In this document: positions 63,036 through 64,000 of the stretch, piece by piece
How positions within the stretch are numbered: position 1 is the stretch's first letter
Layout: the number at the start of each line of letters is the position of its first letter
NCBI GenBank assembly: GCA_951406725.2
Contig: OX597818.1
Span: forward strand, 39,184,001-39,248,000
Direction: 5' to 3'
DNA from: Octopus vulgaris
Taxonomy: Eukaryota
DNA length: 64,000 nucleotides
Program-made: the position numbers and the translations under genes
The notes under the pieces: generated by a model
Databases searched by the model: none
Seen by the model: the letters and a program-made list of their open reading frames with translations, nothing else
Told to the model about the DNA's origin: nothing

Positions 63036-63091
63036 GTAAGACTCATTTTTGTATATATCTGAATCAAATCTATCTATATCTATCTATCTAA

Positions 63092-63092
63092 C

Positions 63093-63157
<65 letters not shown>

Positions 63158-63219
63158 GCCTGCCTGCCAGCCTGTCTCTCTGTCTGTATGTATGTCTGCC
63201 TGTCTGTCTGTCTGTCTGT

Positions 63220-63252
<33 letters not shown>

Positions 63253-63292
63253 TGTCTGTCTGTATGTATGTCTGCCTGTCTGTCTGGCTGTC
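63092..63292. repeat. (CTGT)n/(CTGC)n tetranucleotide microsatellite
   Basis: Directly visible. Confidence 0.95.
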
Positions 63293-63394
63293 TAACTGCC
63301 CATCCTCAGAAACTGAGTGAGAGAGATTAAGCAACCAGCTTGTGGAAGGGAAAGTTCTCCCTTGACCACTTAATGTTAGATAAACTATAGTCAA

Positions 63395-64000
63395 TTTGAG
63401 GACTTATGAATACCCAATGTTTGGTGAAGAAGCTTTCATCCTCTTCGTCAAAAAACGTCATCAACAGCAAATATGACATCATCATTCCTGAAATACCAGT
63501 TCTCACTCAAGTGTTTTTTTTCATGTTGGGGAACAAATGATAATCATATGGGGCCTAATCAGGAGAATAGAGAGTGGGATCAACCAGTTCAAAGCTACCA
63601 AAAGAACTTGTGTGCTGGACCATTATCCTGAGGAAACAAGATCTCTTTCATAAGTTTTCCTTGGCATTTGGTCTTAATAACTTTCCATAACTGTCTCAAC
63701 ATGTTGGCATAGTATTCCCTATTGATGGTGTAACCCTTTTGAAGATAGTCAATAAATGTTATCTCTTTTCATCATCATCATCATCATCGTTTAACGTCCG
63801 CTTTCCATGCTAGCATGGGTTGGACGGTTCAACTGGGGTCTGGCAAGCCCGAAGGCTGCACCAGGCCAGTCAGATCTGGCAGTGTTTCTACAGCTGGATG
63901 CCCTTCCTAACGCCAACCACTCCGAGAATTGAGGCCATCACCTTCCCTGCAGGTGAAACAACCTTGGCCTTCTTTGGAGGTGTTTCCTCCTCATGGATTG
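63395..64000 (-). mobile_element. Decayed mariner transposase running off the window, interrupted by an RTE-tail copy (63768-63927)
   Basis: Minus strand reads PPKKAKVVSPAGKVMA, FIDYLQKGYTINREYYANML, QDNGPAH and YSPD*APYDYHLFPNMK (mariner YSPDLAPSD motif). Confidence 0.85.

Overview
This is AT-rich, microsatellite-dense eukaryotic DNA. Its repeat families look like octopus/coleoid cephalopod ones (recognised from memory, not from a search). The whole window is the interior of one plus-strand, multi-exon gene. I can read 28 AG...GT-bounded exons (2265-63035) that splice into one open frame of 1451 codons, encoding about 14 tandem cadherin-like (EC) repeats. No start, transmembrane segment or stop is visible. 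Every intron is phase 0. Exons strictly alternate between a short type (114-147 nt, roughly strands C-E) and a long type (174-192 nt, strands F-G, linker and A-B of the next repeat). The repeats form a two-domain super-repeat, possibly with a 10-domain higher order, and lack the canonical DxNDN and LDRE calcium motifs. The introns hold tRNA-derived SINEs, an RTE LINE with many 3'-end derivatives, a decayed Penelope-like element, mariner/hAT/piggyBac/Merlin-type non-autonomous elements, several fold-back hairpins, degenerate hammerhead-ribozyme motifs and local templated duplications, one of which copies half of exon 20 into another intron. Coordinates were counted by hand: exon ends should be exact, repeat ends are approximate.
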